The notes: generated from the sequence alone by a model not told the origin. DNA of 64,000 nucleotides from an uncultured delta proteobacterium (GCA_963767925.1 CAVYGB010000008.1:640001-704000); one strand, 5' to 3'. Numbered from the stretch's first letter, positions 37,520-47,924 are shown. Numbers and translations are program-made.

Positions 37520-39710
37520 TCACGGGGTGGCTCCCTTGTTCTCGCGGAAGAAGTACTGGGCGCCCATGTCGAGGTTGAGGATGATCCGGTAGTACTCGTC
37601 GGCGGTCAGCTCCTGGCCCCCGACGTCGCGGGGGTGGACGGCGCCCTCGAACGCCCGCACGTTCGGGTCGACGGTGGGGAAGCGCTGGGGCGGGTTGAGC
37701 TTCTGGATGAGGGCCGACCGGCGGGCGTGCCCCGGCGTCACGTACGACGGCATCCCCTCGGGGCTGATGATGTCGACGTCGTTCTCCCCGAGCTCCATGT
37801 CCAGCCCCAGCAGCGACACGTACGAGGCGGGGTAGTCGTAGTCCTGGCGTTCCCCCACCGTGAGGGCCACCGGCTGCGCCCGCAGGTCGAAGGTGAAGGT
37901 CTGCATGGTGCCCAGAGTGCTGTCCATGATGGTGTAGCTGCGGTTGCCCGCTTTGCTGGCGTCGCCGTCGTGGCAGCTGACGCACTTGCCGTCGAAGATC
38001 GGCTGGATGGCCAGGTTCCAGGGCACGCCCCGGATGCTGCTCGTAGCCGAAGTCCATCGAGACGCGCTCGGCGCGCGGCACGTCCAGGTTGACCGGGCCC
38101 GAGCTGCGCCGCCATCGGTGCTGCCGGGGGCGATGAGGGTCGGCTTGGCCCGGTCCTCGTGGCAGCCGCCGCAGGTGCGCTGCTCCCCCGGCGCGGCCGC
38201 TGATCCAGACGTCCTCGGTGGCCACCGACGAGGGCGAACTTGTCGATGAGCTGCATGTGCAGGGGGACGTTGGCCGGCACCCGCGCCGAGAAGGAGCCGT
38301 CGCTGTAGACCGGCACCTCGCCGTAGCGAGACTGGCCGTCGAACTCGGTCAGGCCGAACATGTCGGGGAAGCCCTCTTCGGCGGAGAAGCCCTCGAGCAG
38401 GCGCACCTTGGCCACCGAGCCGTGGGGCACGTTCTTGACCAGGCTGCTCTCGTAGACGTTGAGCGCGCTCAGCACGAAGCTCTGATCGGCGCCGGGGGCG
38501 GCGGGCGACTGGGTCACCGGCGGCTCGCGCCGGGCCTTCAGCGGGCGGGCCATCACATCCCAGCGCTCGGGGTCGTCGAACAAGCGGATAGCGGCGGCCG
38601 GTCGCCCCGTCCCACTGGAAGAGGTAAAGACCGAAGTTGGGCTTGGTCTGGGCCATGGCGAGCAGCGACGACTCCACCGGGCCATCGGCCCAGGAGGTCA
38701 GGAACTTCAGGTCCTTCGGATCGCCGATCGGCTCGGCGTCGTAGTAGCGGCCGATGCCGGGATCGGAGGGGATGCGATCACCGGGCACCTGGCGGGTCAT
38801 GTCGGTCACCTCGCGACAGCCGCTCGGCCTCGTGCAGGTCGACGAGCAGCAGCTTGCCGGCCTGCAGGGTGTTGTCGCGCGAGGTCGCCACCGTGACGAC
38901 GCGGAAGGTGTCGCGGCCGGAGGCGCCAGCGAGGGTGTCGACGTGGCGGGCCTTGAGGTAGCTGTTGGTGACCCCCCGCTCCTCGCCGCCGAAGGCCTCC
39001 CGCATGCCGGTCATGTCGGTGTTCATGAGGCGCAGGTGGCCGTCGTTGATGTCGCCCAGGTGACGCCACTCGGTGTACAGGACGTTGCCGTCGGGCAGCA
39101 GGGCGGGGGCCACCCGGTGCGAGACGTTGCGCGGCCCCAGCACCTCGCCGCTGCCGTCGACGTTGATGGTGCCGACCTGGGCGGTGGTCTGGCGCTCGTA
39201 TTCGTCCTGGAACTGCTTGGCGCCCGGCCTCCACCGACTTGGAGGTCGTGAACAGGATGCGTTGCCCGGGCAAGAAGATCGGGTACACGTGGTCGTAGCG
39301 GCCCCTCGGTGATCTGGCGCGGGTTGGACCCGTCGACGTTCAGCAGGAAGAGCTGGTAGTGGGCGTCGTCCTTGCGGCGGGCGGCGATGCACGATGGTGC
39401 CCGCGTCGAAGGAGAGATCCCAGGACATGATGTCGGCCTCGGCGAACATGGGATCGCCGGTCAGCGTGGTGAGGCGCCCGTCGGCCGAGGGGGGCTCCAG
39501 CTTCACGAGGCGCGCGCCGGGCTGGTAGCTCGTGTAGTCGAAGACGTTGCCCACCCCGTCGTTGCGGGCGGCCCGCTGCAGGAAGATGATGGCCCGCACG
39601 TCCTCGGGGATGCCCGGGCTCGACGACTGCGACTCGACCGTACATGAGCTGAGAGACGGCGCGAGGGCGGACAACAACGCGGCGGCCGGCAGAGCGCTTC
39701 TGAGCTTCAT
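37520..39710 (-). CDS. HzsA (hydrazine synthase alpha)-related lipoprotein with two CxxCH motifs; multiply frameshifted in this sequence
   Basis: Joined across frames: lipobox [109 protein letters not shown]. About nine frame switches. Confidence 0.72.
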
Positions 39711-39722
39711 GCCGGGGGGATG

Positions 39723-39738
39723 TGCAAGGGGGTGGCCA
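39723..39738 (-). promoter_or_regulatory. Putative sigma54 -24/-12 promoter of the HzsA-like operon
   Basis: Minus strand TGGCCACCCCCTTGCA = GG-N10-GC; predicted +1 falls about 2 nt before ATG 39710. Confidence 0.6.
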
Positions 39739-39804
39739 GGGTCAGGGGGGCCGCCGGCCGCGGTTTTCCGGGCTCGCCGCCGTCAGCGGGGGCGCGGTAG
39801 CGGG

Positions 39805-39845
39805 GGAGTTGCGCAACTGCCCGATCGCGCCGGTTGCGCAACTCC
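39805..39845. promoter_or_regulatory. Tandem palindromic site (GTTGCGCAAC x2), probable enhancer/operator
   Basis: AGTTGCGCAACT at 39807-39818 and GTTGCGCAACT at 39833-39843, 25 bp apart. Confidence 0.6.
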
Positions 39846-39912
39846 GCCTGCTCGCGCCGGGCCGCCGGCCGGGACACACTCAAGGGCGGGGATCGGGGCT
39901 GCGCCGCGGGGC

Positions 39913-41476
39913 ATGAGCGAAACGCGCCGGCTGGGGAAGTATCGACTGGTACGGCGGCTCGCCGTGGGCGGGGTGGCGGAGGTCTACCTGGCGGTGGCCG
40001 AGGGGCTGTCCGGCTTCGAGAAGCGGGTGGTGATCAAGCGGCTCATGCCCGAACACGGGCGGCGATCCGGAGCTGCTCTCGATGTTCCTCGACGAGGCCC
40101 GCCTGATGGCGCTGCTGCACCACCGCCACATCACCGAGGTGTACGACATCGGCGCCGAGGACGGCGAATACTTCTTCGCCCTCGAGCACGTCGACGGCTG
40201 CGACCTGCGCGATCTGCGCGATGGGCGGTCGGGGCAGCCCTTGCCGCTGGCGGCGGCCTTGACGGTGGTGGTGGCGGTGGCCGACGGGCTCGAGCACGCC
40301 CACGGCCAGCGGGGCGAGGACGGCAGCCTGCTGGGGGTCGTCCACCGGGACGTCACCCCCTCCAACGTGCTGTGCGGGCGCGGCGGTGAGGTCAAGCTGG
40401 CCGACTTCGGGGTGGCCAAGTGGACCGCCCAGCGCAGCCGCACCGAGCAGGGGACGATCAAGGGCAAGTTCGCCTACATGTCCCCCGAGCAGTGCCGGGC
40501 CGAGCCTCTCGATCGCCGGAGCGACGTCTTCGCCCTCGGCGTGATCCTCCACGAGCTGACCACCGGGTCCAAGCCGTTCGCGGGGGAGAGCGAGTTCGAG
40601 GTGCTGACCGCCATCGTCGCGGGCCGCAGCATCCCCCCCTCGCGGACGCGCCCGGGCTATCCGCCGGCCCTGGAGGTGGTGGTGGCCCGGGCGCTGAGCA
40701 CCGACCGGGCCGGCCGGTTCGCGACCGCTGGCGAGCTGCGCGACGCCTTGATCGAGACGGGCGCGGCGCTGGGGCTGACCCTCGGACCGGCGGCGGTGGC
40801 CGACATGGTCCAGTCCCGCGTCGCCGAGATGGAGAGATCCCGGACCGAGGAGCCACGTCCCGCACCGCTCGACCGCGGTCGCACCGCCACCGACCGGGCG
40901 GCCGCCCCCCGCCCATCGCCGGGCCCCGACCCGACTGCCGTGGCAACGCTCCGCCCATCGCCGGGCCCCGACCCGGCCGCCGAGCCGACCACCCGCCACC
41001 CGATCGCCCGGGCGGCCGCCGCCCTGGCGCTCGTCGCGCTGGTCGGCTTTGCGATCGGAGTCCGGCGACAACCGCCGCCGTCCGAACCGCCCTTCGCCCG
41101 TCAGCTCCCGACCGCGAGCGCGATCACCCCACCGACCGGCAGGACCCTGGCCGCAGGCACCGGCGAACGCGCCGTGGAGGCCGCCCCCTCCACCGGCACC
41201 GTGCGGCCGGCACCGCCACCCGCCGCGCCGCCCTCGCGAGCGATCGCCAGCGGCGTGGTAGAGCCGTCGAAGCCACCCAGCCTCGGCCCCCCGGCGATTG
41301 CCAAGCAGGGCGGCGCCTTGGATCGGGTCGCCAAGCAGGGCGGCGCCACCGATCGGCCGAAGTCGGTCGGCACCCGGCTCCCCAGCAAGAAGTTAGGCAA
41401 CCGCCTCGCCAGACCCGCCAAGCCCGCCGCCCCCGCCCTGCAGATCTGGGATCCCGACTCGGCGATCCTGCCCTAG
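39913..41476 (+). CDS. Hanks-type Ser/Thr protein kinase with TM and Pro-rich tail (1-bp insertion near 40058)
   Basis: [69 protein letters not shown]. Confidence 0.92.
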
Positions 41477-41525
41477 CCGCGAGCCCTCCTCGCCGCGTCT
41501 CTCCCGCAAGGCGCCCATGAACATC

Positions 41526-41653
41526 ACCTCTCCCGCGGTCTGCCGTGGGGAGAGGTCGGCGCGTCTGCGCGACGGGTGAGGGGCCTCCGGCGGGGCAACC
41601 GCCCCTCACCCTCGACCCTCTCCCCACGGTCGCAGACGGCCGCGGGGAGAGGG
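41526..41653. repeat. REP-like palindromic element (two inverted CCTCTCCC..GGGAGAGG units)
   Basis: ACCTCTCCC/GGGAGAGGT (41526-41556), GGGTGAGGGG/CCCCTCACCC (41574-41611), CCCTCTCCCC/GGGGAGAGGG (41616-41653). Confidence 0.75.
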
Positions 41654-41742
41654 CAAACCGGCAGGGGGGGTGTGCGACTGATCAGCACGTGGTCCCCGAG
41701 AGCCTCTGCCTCTGCCCCCCACATCCGTGAGAAAATGAGGCG

Positions 41743-42504
41743 GTGCAGACTCCGCCCAGCTCGCGTGCGCGGCCGCCCTGGCGGGCGGTCGCGGTCGCGG
41801 CGGTGGTCGCGCTGCTGACCTGCGGCCCTCCGCTTGCGGCCCGGGCCTCCGAGCCGGCGACCACCGGGACCGCCGAGGAGCTGTACGAGCTCGGGATGGC
41901 GCACTTTCGCGCGCGGGGGTTCAGCGAGGCGGCCCGCGCGTTCGAGGCGGCGCTGGCCCTCGATCCCCGCCCGGAGATCCTGTTCGCCCTGGCCCAGGCC
42001 ACCCGGCTCTCGGGCGATTGCCCGGCGGCGCGGCCCCTCTACCAGCGGTTCCTGGCCACCGAGCCTCCGCCTCATCAGGTCGAGGCGACCCGGATCGCGC
42101 TCGCCCGCTGCGAGGGCAGAGCGCCGCCCCCCGGACCGGTTGTCGCTCCCCTCCCCGCGCCGCCCGCCGTGCAGGCCGCCGCCGTGCCCCGGCAGCCGCA
42201 GGCGCGGTGGTGGGCCGATCCGCTGGGCGGCGCGCTGGCCGGGGCAGCGGTCCTGAGCCTCGGCGCCGGGGTGGGGCTGCTGGTCGCCGCCCGGCTGGCC
42301 GACGGGGAGCACCGGGAGGCGCTCGCCTACCCGCGCGCGAACGAGCGGCGGGCGGCGGCGCAGAACCGCCAGCGCTGGGCCGCAGTGGCCCTGCTCTCCG
42401 GCGCGGCGCTGGGGGTGGGGGCCGCGGGGCGCTGGTGGTGGCTGGGCGGGTCGGCCGGCGGGCCCGCCGGGCGGGCGGCGCTGGCGCTGGGGGGACGTTT
42501 TTGA
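41743..42504 (+). CDS. Secreted TPR protein with C-terminal hydrophobic segments
   Basis: Signal peptide; ELYELGMAHF..AARAFEAALALDPRPEILFALAQA..GDC..LYQRFL; ends LALGGRF. Confidence 0.8.
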   Translation: MQTPPSSRARPPWRAVAVAAVVALLTCGPPLAARASEPATTGTAEELYELGMAHFRARGFSEAARAFEAALALDPRPEILFALAQATRLSGDCPAARPLYQRFLATEPPPHQVEATRIALARCEGRAPPPGPVVAPLPAPPAVQAAAVPRQPQARWWADPLGGALAGAAVLSLGAGVGLLVAARLADGEHREALAYPRANERRAAAQNRQRWAAVALLSGAALGVGAAGRWWWLGGSAGGPAGRAALALGGRF

Positions 42505-44974
42505 TCGGCGGCGCCCGGTCGGCGTACGGGGGCCAGCAGCCCGTGCATGCGGGCCAGCCCGTCCGAGCTCGCGTCGTCCTCCGCCACCCGACAGCCGCCG
42601 GCCGACCCGACGCCGGCTGGCCCCCGCTGATCCTCGGACTCGCGCTCCTGGCGCTCGGCACCGGCTGCCTCGCGCGTGGTCGCTTCCGCTGCGAGGTGGA
42701 CAGTCAGTGCCAGCTCGACGGCCGGACCGGCTTCTGCGAGCCGAGCGGGGTGTGCAGCTTCCTCGACGCCACCTGCCCGCTCGGGCGGCGGCACGCCAAT
42801 CTGGCCGACGAGGCGGGCGTCCTGGCCGGCCGCTGCCTGGAGGCCTCCCCCTGCGGGCAGACGCCGGTCGTCGAGGTGGAGGTGGGGGGGAACACGCCTG
42901 CCTGCGGCGGCTCGACGGGGCCGTCGCCTGCTGGGGGCGAAACAGCGACGGGCAGGTCGGGGACGGCACCCGGAGGGCGCGGGCCCGGCCGACCCCGGTG
43001 GCGGCGTTGCCCCCGGTGGGAGCCCTCGCGCTCGGGCAGGCCCACACCTGCGCCATCGCCGGGGAGGCTGGGCAGGTGCTCTGCTGGGGGCGCAACGACG
43101 AGGGGCAGCTCGGGCTGGCGGGGGGCGGATCGGAGGTGGTGCCCGCCGCTGTCCCCGGCCTGCTGGGCGCCAGCGAGCTGGCGCTCGGGCGCGGCTTCTC
43201 CTGTGCCCGCGCCGCCGACGGTGTCTCGTGCTGGGGGGCGGGCGGCGAGGGGCAGCTCGGGCGGGGCGACACAACCGGCAGCGCGGCGCCGGCGCTGGTG
43301 TCCGATCTGGCCGGGGTGGACCAGGTCGTGGCGGGGAACGCCCACGCCTGCGCCCGGCTGCGCGACGGCGGGGTGGCCTGCTGGGGCGCCGGCGCGCAGG
43401 GACAGCTCGGGCTGGGCGACACCTCCGCCCGCCCGCGCCCCCAGCGCATCGCCGGGCTGGGGGAGGTGGTCGAGCTGGCGGCCGGCGCGGCCCACACCTG
43501 CGCCCGCCGGAGCGACGGGACGGTCTCCTGCTGGGGCGAGAACCGGGCCGGCCAGCTCGGGGACGCCACCCTGCTGCGGCGGCTGTCCCCCACCCGCATC
43601 CCGTTGCCCGGGCCCGCGCGCAAGCTGCGCGCCGGCGCCCAGCACACCTGCGTGCTGGGCCCGCTCGAGCGGGTCTCCTGCTGGGGCGAAAATCAGCGCG
43701 GCCAGCTCGGCGACGGCAGCACCATCGCCTATCCCAGCGCGGTCGCCACCGTCGGCGTCCACGACGTGCTGGATCTCGCCGCCGGCGGGGACGTCACCTG
43801 CGCCCTGGGACGGGATGGCGCCGTGTCGTGCTGGGGCGACGATCGCTGGGGGCAGCTCGGCGCGGGCAGCCTCACCTGGCGGGGCCAGCCGGGCCCGCTG
43901 GCGGTGCTCGATCAGGTGACCTCGGTGTCGGCGGGGGAGAGCCACACCTGCGCGACCCGGGCCAGCGCCGAGGCGTTTTGCTGGGGCGGGGGCCAGTTCG
44001 GCCGGCTCGGCGATGGCGCCGACGTCGATCGCTCCACGCCCGCGCTGGTGCGGCTGCCCGGCGGCCTGCTCGACGTCGTCGCCGGCGGCGCCCACGCCTG
44101 CGGGCGCACCCTCGATCGCCGGCTCTGGTGCTGGGGCCTCAACCTCGAGGGCCAGCTCGGCGCCGGCTACGGCGGGAGCGAGGTCCCGCAGCGGCTCGCC
44201 CCGGTGCCGGTCCCCGGCCTGGAGGCGGTCGACCAGGTCGCGCTCGGGCGGGCCCACGGGTGCGCCCGCGCGCGCGGGCGGGTGCTGTGCTGGGGCGCCA
44301 ACCCGTTCGGGCAGACCGGCGAAGCCACCGCCGCGCAGAGCCTGCAGCCGTTCGGCGTGGCCGGCCTGGAGGCGGTCGCCGGGATCGCGGCGGGCGCCGA
44401 CCATAGCTGCGCGCTCGGCGAGCAGGGTCGGGCCTGGTGCTGGGGCCGCGGCGACCTAGGTCAGCTCGGCGACGGCACCGCCACCTCGAGCAGCCGCCCG
44501 CTGGTGGTGGCCCTGCCGGCGGACGTGCCGGTTGTCGAGCTGGCGGCGGGGGTGGCCCACACCTGCGCGCGCCTGCGCGACGGCCGGGTGTTCTGCTGGG
44601 GCGCCGGCCCCGCCCAGCCTGGCCCGGCGGCCCCGCTACAGGCGCGGCCCGCCGCCGTCGCGGGCGTCGCCGGCGCCACCCTCCTGGCCGCCGGCGGCGG
44701 GCACACCTGCGCGGCCACGGCCGATCGGCGGCTGACCTGCTGGGGCGCCGGCGAGCTCGGTCAGAGCGGACCGGACGGCGATCCCGGGCAGCCCCTGCGC
44801 ACCGTGGAGGCGCCTGCCGCCCTCATCGGGCTCGGCGCCGGCGGCGCCCACACCTGCACCGTCGACGCGTCCCGCGCCCTCCGCTGCTTCGGCCTGGACG
44901 CCAGCGGCCAGCTCGGCACTGGCCGGGCGCTCCAGTCTTCCTGGCCCCGCCCGGTCGCCGTGCCTTGCCCGTGA
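42501..44974 (+). CDS. RCC1/BLIP-II repeat lipoprotein with Cys-rich N-terminal domain (frameshift at G7 run 42884-42890)
   Basis: LALLALGTGC lipobox, FRCEVDSQC..GFCEPSGVCSF; about 14 HTCA..CWG.N..GQLG repeats. Start uncertain (TTG 42501 or GTG 42543). Confidence 0.85.
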
Positions 44975-44983
44975 GCCCGACCG

Positions 44984-45751
44984 CTACTGCCCGAAGTAGA
45001 GGCCGCCGTTGACGTGGATGACCTCGCCGCTGATGTAGCTGGCGGCGGGGGAGGCGAGGAAGGCCACCGCGCCGGCGACGTCCTCGTTGCTGCCCGCGCG
45101 TCCCATCGGGATGCCCTTGATCAGCGCGGCGAACGCCTCGGGCGCGGTGTGCACCTCGTGAAAACGGTTCTGGATGACGCCGGGAGCGACGCTGTTGATG
45201 GTTATTCCCTTCGAGGCGAACTCCTTGGTCAGGCTCCGGGCCAGGTTCGACACCGCCGCCTTGGCCGGGCCGTAGTGCGGCGTGGTCGCCGCCCCTCCGT
45301 TGTGCCCGGCGATCGAGGAGATGTTCACGACGCTGCCCCGCCCCTGCTTGACCATGTGCGGGATCACCGCCTGGCACATCAGCAGCACGCTGGTGAAGTT
45401 GAGCCGCAGCGACTCGTCGATCAGCTCCTCGGTCAGCTCGTGAAGGAGCGCCCGGCGCACCATGCCCCCGGCGTTGTTGACCAGGATGTCGATCTTCCCC
45501 CCGCCGAAGCGGAGCGCCTCGGCCACCAGGCGATCGATGTCGGCCTTGCGGGTCACGTCGGCGGGCACCGCGATTGCGCGCCGGCCGAGGGCGGTGACTT
45601 CGCGGGCCGTGCTCTCGGCCTCCGCGGCGCTGCTCCGGTAGTTGATGACGACGTCCGCTCCCTGCCGGGCGAGCTCGAGCGAGATGGCGCGACCGATGTC
45701 GCGGCCGCCGCCGGTGACGAGAGCAGTCTTTCCAGTTATCGCGAAGGACAT
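44984..45751 (-). CDS. SDR family oxidoreductase
   Basis: VTGGGRDIG, ILVNNAGG, NISS, YGPAK (YxxxK), NSVAPG, ISGEVIHVNGG. Confidence 0.93.
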   Translation of the reverse strand: MSFAITGKTALVTGGGRDIGRAISLELARQGADVVINYRSSAAEAESTAREVTALGRRAIAVPADVTRKADIDRLVAEALRFGGGKIDILVNNAGGMVRRALLHELTEELIDESLRLNFTSVLLMCQAVIPHMVKQGRGSVVNISSIAGHNGGAATTPHYGPAKAAVSNLARSLTKEFASKGITINSVAPGVIQNRFHEVHTAPEAFAALIKGIPMGRAGSNEDVAGAVAFLASPAASYISGEVIHVNGGLYFGQ

Positions 45752-45891
45752 GGGGGGCCGCACTTTCTCACGGGGGTTGGGGGGCGCGACGGGCGCGGGC
45801 CGGTCGCGGATGACAGGGGTGGAAGTGGCCGATGACGCGTCGCCCGGTGCTTGTCTTCTGCAATCAACTCTGGTGCGATGGCGCGCTGAAC

Positions 45892-47682
45892 ATGGGCCCG
45901 CGCCTGCTCTCCGCTGCGCTCCTCCTCGGGCTCTCCTCGGGCGCGGCGGCCGCACCTGCCGATTCGGCCAATCTCGCCACCGTCGCCGAGAAGACGCGCT
46001 TCGAGCAGACCGGGCGCCACGACGAGGTGGTGACCCTGTGCCGCGCGTTTGCCCGGCGCTACCCGCGTCAGGTTCGCTGCCTGGAGTTCGGCCGCTCGCC
46101 CGAGGGGCGCCCGCTGATCGCCCTCGTCGCCTCGGCCGACGGCAAGCTCGACCCGCGCAGCGCCGGCCGGGCGGGGCGGCCCGCGGTCTTCGTGGTGGGC
46201 GGCATCCACGCCGGCGAGATCGACGGCAAGGACGCCGGCTTCATCACCCTGCGCGAGCTGCTCGCCGGCCGGGGACCCGCCGCCGCCCTGCGCGCCGTCA
46301 CCTTCGTCTTCGTGCCGGTCTTCAACGTCGACGGCCACGAGCGGTTCGGCCCCAACCAGCGCCCCAACCAGCGCGGTCCCGCCGAGACAGGCTTTCGCAC
46401 CACCGCCCAGAACCTCAACCTCAACCGCGACTGGGTCAAGGCCGAGTCGCCCGAGATGGTGGCCCTGCTGGGCCTGCTGGGGCGGTGGGATCCGGTGATG
46501 CTGGTCGACCTGCACGTCACCGACGGAGCCAGGTTCGAGCACGACGTCGCGGTCATCGTGTCGCCGGAGGAGCCGCTCGCCCACGGCCTCGACGAGGTGG
46601 CCACCGCGCTGAGCGATGCCCTGATGACCGACCTGCGCGCCCGGGGCCATCTCCCCTTGCCGTTTTACCCCTCGTTCCGATCGGGCAACGATCCGACCAG
46701 CGGCATCGAGCGGACGCCCTCGTCGCCCCGTTTTTCCAACCGCTACCTCGCCGTGCGCAACCGGATCGGCATCCTGGTGGAGACCCATAGCTGGCGGCCC
46801 TATCCCCACCGGGTCCGCACCACGCGCGCGGTGCTGGAGTCGCTGCTCACCCAGGCGATCCTGCAGGCGCCGGCCTGGTCCCGGGCCACGCGAGCGGCCG
46901 ACGGAGCGGGCGCCCGGCTGGCCGGAGCGGAGGTGCCGCTCACCTACCAGGTCGTGCCGCCCGCCCGGACGATCGAGTTCCGGGGCTACGCCTACGACCG
47001 CCAGCCCTCCGACATCTCGGGCAGCCCCATCATCCGCTACGACGAGCGCCGCCCCCAGATCTGGCAGATCCCCTATCACGACCGCATCGCCGTCAAAGCG
47101 GCGCAGCGGGCCCCCGCCGGCGGCTACCTGGTGCCGGCCGCCTTCGCCGGCTGGGTCGGCGAAAAGCTCGCCCTGCACCGGATCCGCCACCAGCACCTCG
47201 ACCGCGATCTGTCCCGCCTGGAGGTCGAGGCCTTCCGGGCCGAGACCGTGCGCTTCGCGACCGCCCCCTTCGAGGGCCGCTTCGGCGCCGAGGTCCAGGG
47301 CGCCTGGAAGGCCGAGACCCGATCCCTCGGGGCGGGCGCGCTCTTCGTCCCCATCGAGCAGGAGCGCGCCTTGCTGGCCATGCACCTGCTCGAGCCCGCC
47401 GCCCCCGACTCGCTGGTCTCCTGGGGCTACTTCCATGCCGCCTTCGAGCAGAAGGAGTACATGGAGGACTACGTGGCCGAGGAGGAAGCCCGCAAGATGC
47501 TGGCCCGCGACCCGAAGCTGCGGGCCGCCTTCGACGCCGAGCTGGCCCGCGACCCCACCCTGGCCAGAGATCCCCGCCGCCGCCTGCGCTTCTTCTACCG
47601 CCGCCATCCCGCCTGGGACGAGCGCTTCAACCTCTACCCCATACTCCGCGTCGGCCAGGCTCCGCTCCCCGCGGGCCGCTGA
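45892..47682 (+). CDS. Secreted M14 zinc carboxypeptidase
   Basis: Signal peptide; FGRSPEGRPL, GIHAGEIDG (HxxE), FNVDGHE, NLNRD, DLHVTDG, LVETH. Confidence 0.9.
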   Translation: MGPRLLSAALLLGLSSGAAAAPADSANLATVAEKTRFEQTGRHDEVVTLCRAFARRYPRQVRCLEFGRSPEGRPLIALVASADGKLDPRSAGRAGRPAVFVVGGIHAGEIDGKDAGFITLRELLAGRGPAAALRAVTFVFVPVFNVDGHERFGPNQRPNQRGPAETGFRTTAQNLNLNRDWVKAESPEMVALLGLLGRWDPVMLVDLHVTDGARFEHDVAVIVSPEEPLAHGLDEVATALSDALMTDLRARGHLPLPFYPSFRSGNDPTSGIERTPSSPRFSNRYLAVRNRIGILVETHSWRPYPHRVRTTRAVLESLLTQAILQAPAWSRATRAADGAGARLAGAEVPLTYQVVPPARTIEFRGYAYDRQPSDISGSPIIRYDERRPQIWQIPYHDRIAVKAAQRAPAGGYLVPAAFAGWVGEKLALHRIRHQHLDRDLSRLEVEAFRAETVRFATAPFEGRFGAEVQGAWKAETRSLGAGALFVPIEQERALLAMHLLEPAAPDSLVSWGYFHAAFEQKEYMEDYVAEEEARKMLARDPKLRAAFDAELARDPTLARDPRRRLRFFYRRHPAWDERFNLYPILRVGQAPLPAGR

Positions 47683-47924
47683 TCCCGCGGCCGCCCGCCC
47701 GAGGGGTTCTGGCGGCCCCTCACCCGGAGCGCGGCTCCCCGCCGGGTCGGTTCACCCGACCGTCGGGCCCGACCAGCGGTCGGAAAATTCGCCGGGTGGA
47801 TTACGCGCGTGACCTGTCGTTCGCCCCAGGTGTCGCCCTCAAAGCCGCAGGAACATTAGTGACATCTTCCATGACCAGAATAAGACATAAGTAATGCAAT
47901 GCATTGCGACTAGATATATGACCG

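Noticed and set aside
33650..39710. Anammox hydrazine synthase (hzsABC) cluster
   Set aside because: Only alpha-like architectures are present. There are no beta or gamma subunit-like genes, and the gene context is myxobacterial.
42890..44930. Possible CRISPR-like periodic repeats (TGCTGGGGC..CAGCTCGG)
   Set aside because: These are degenerate, in-frame, protein-coding RCC1 repeats, not identical repeats with unique spacers. No cas genes are present.
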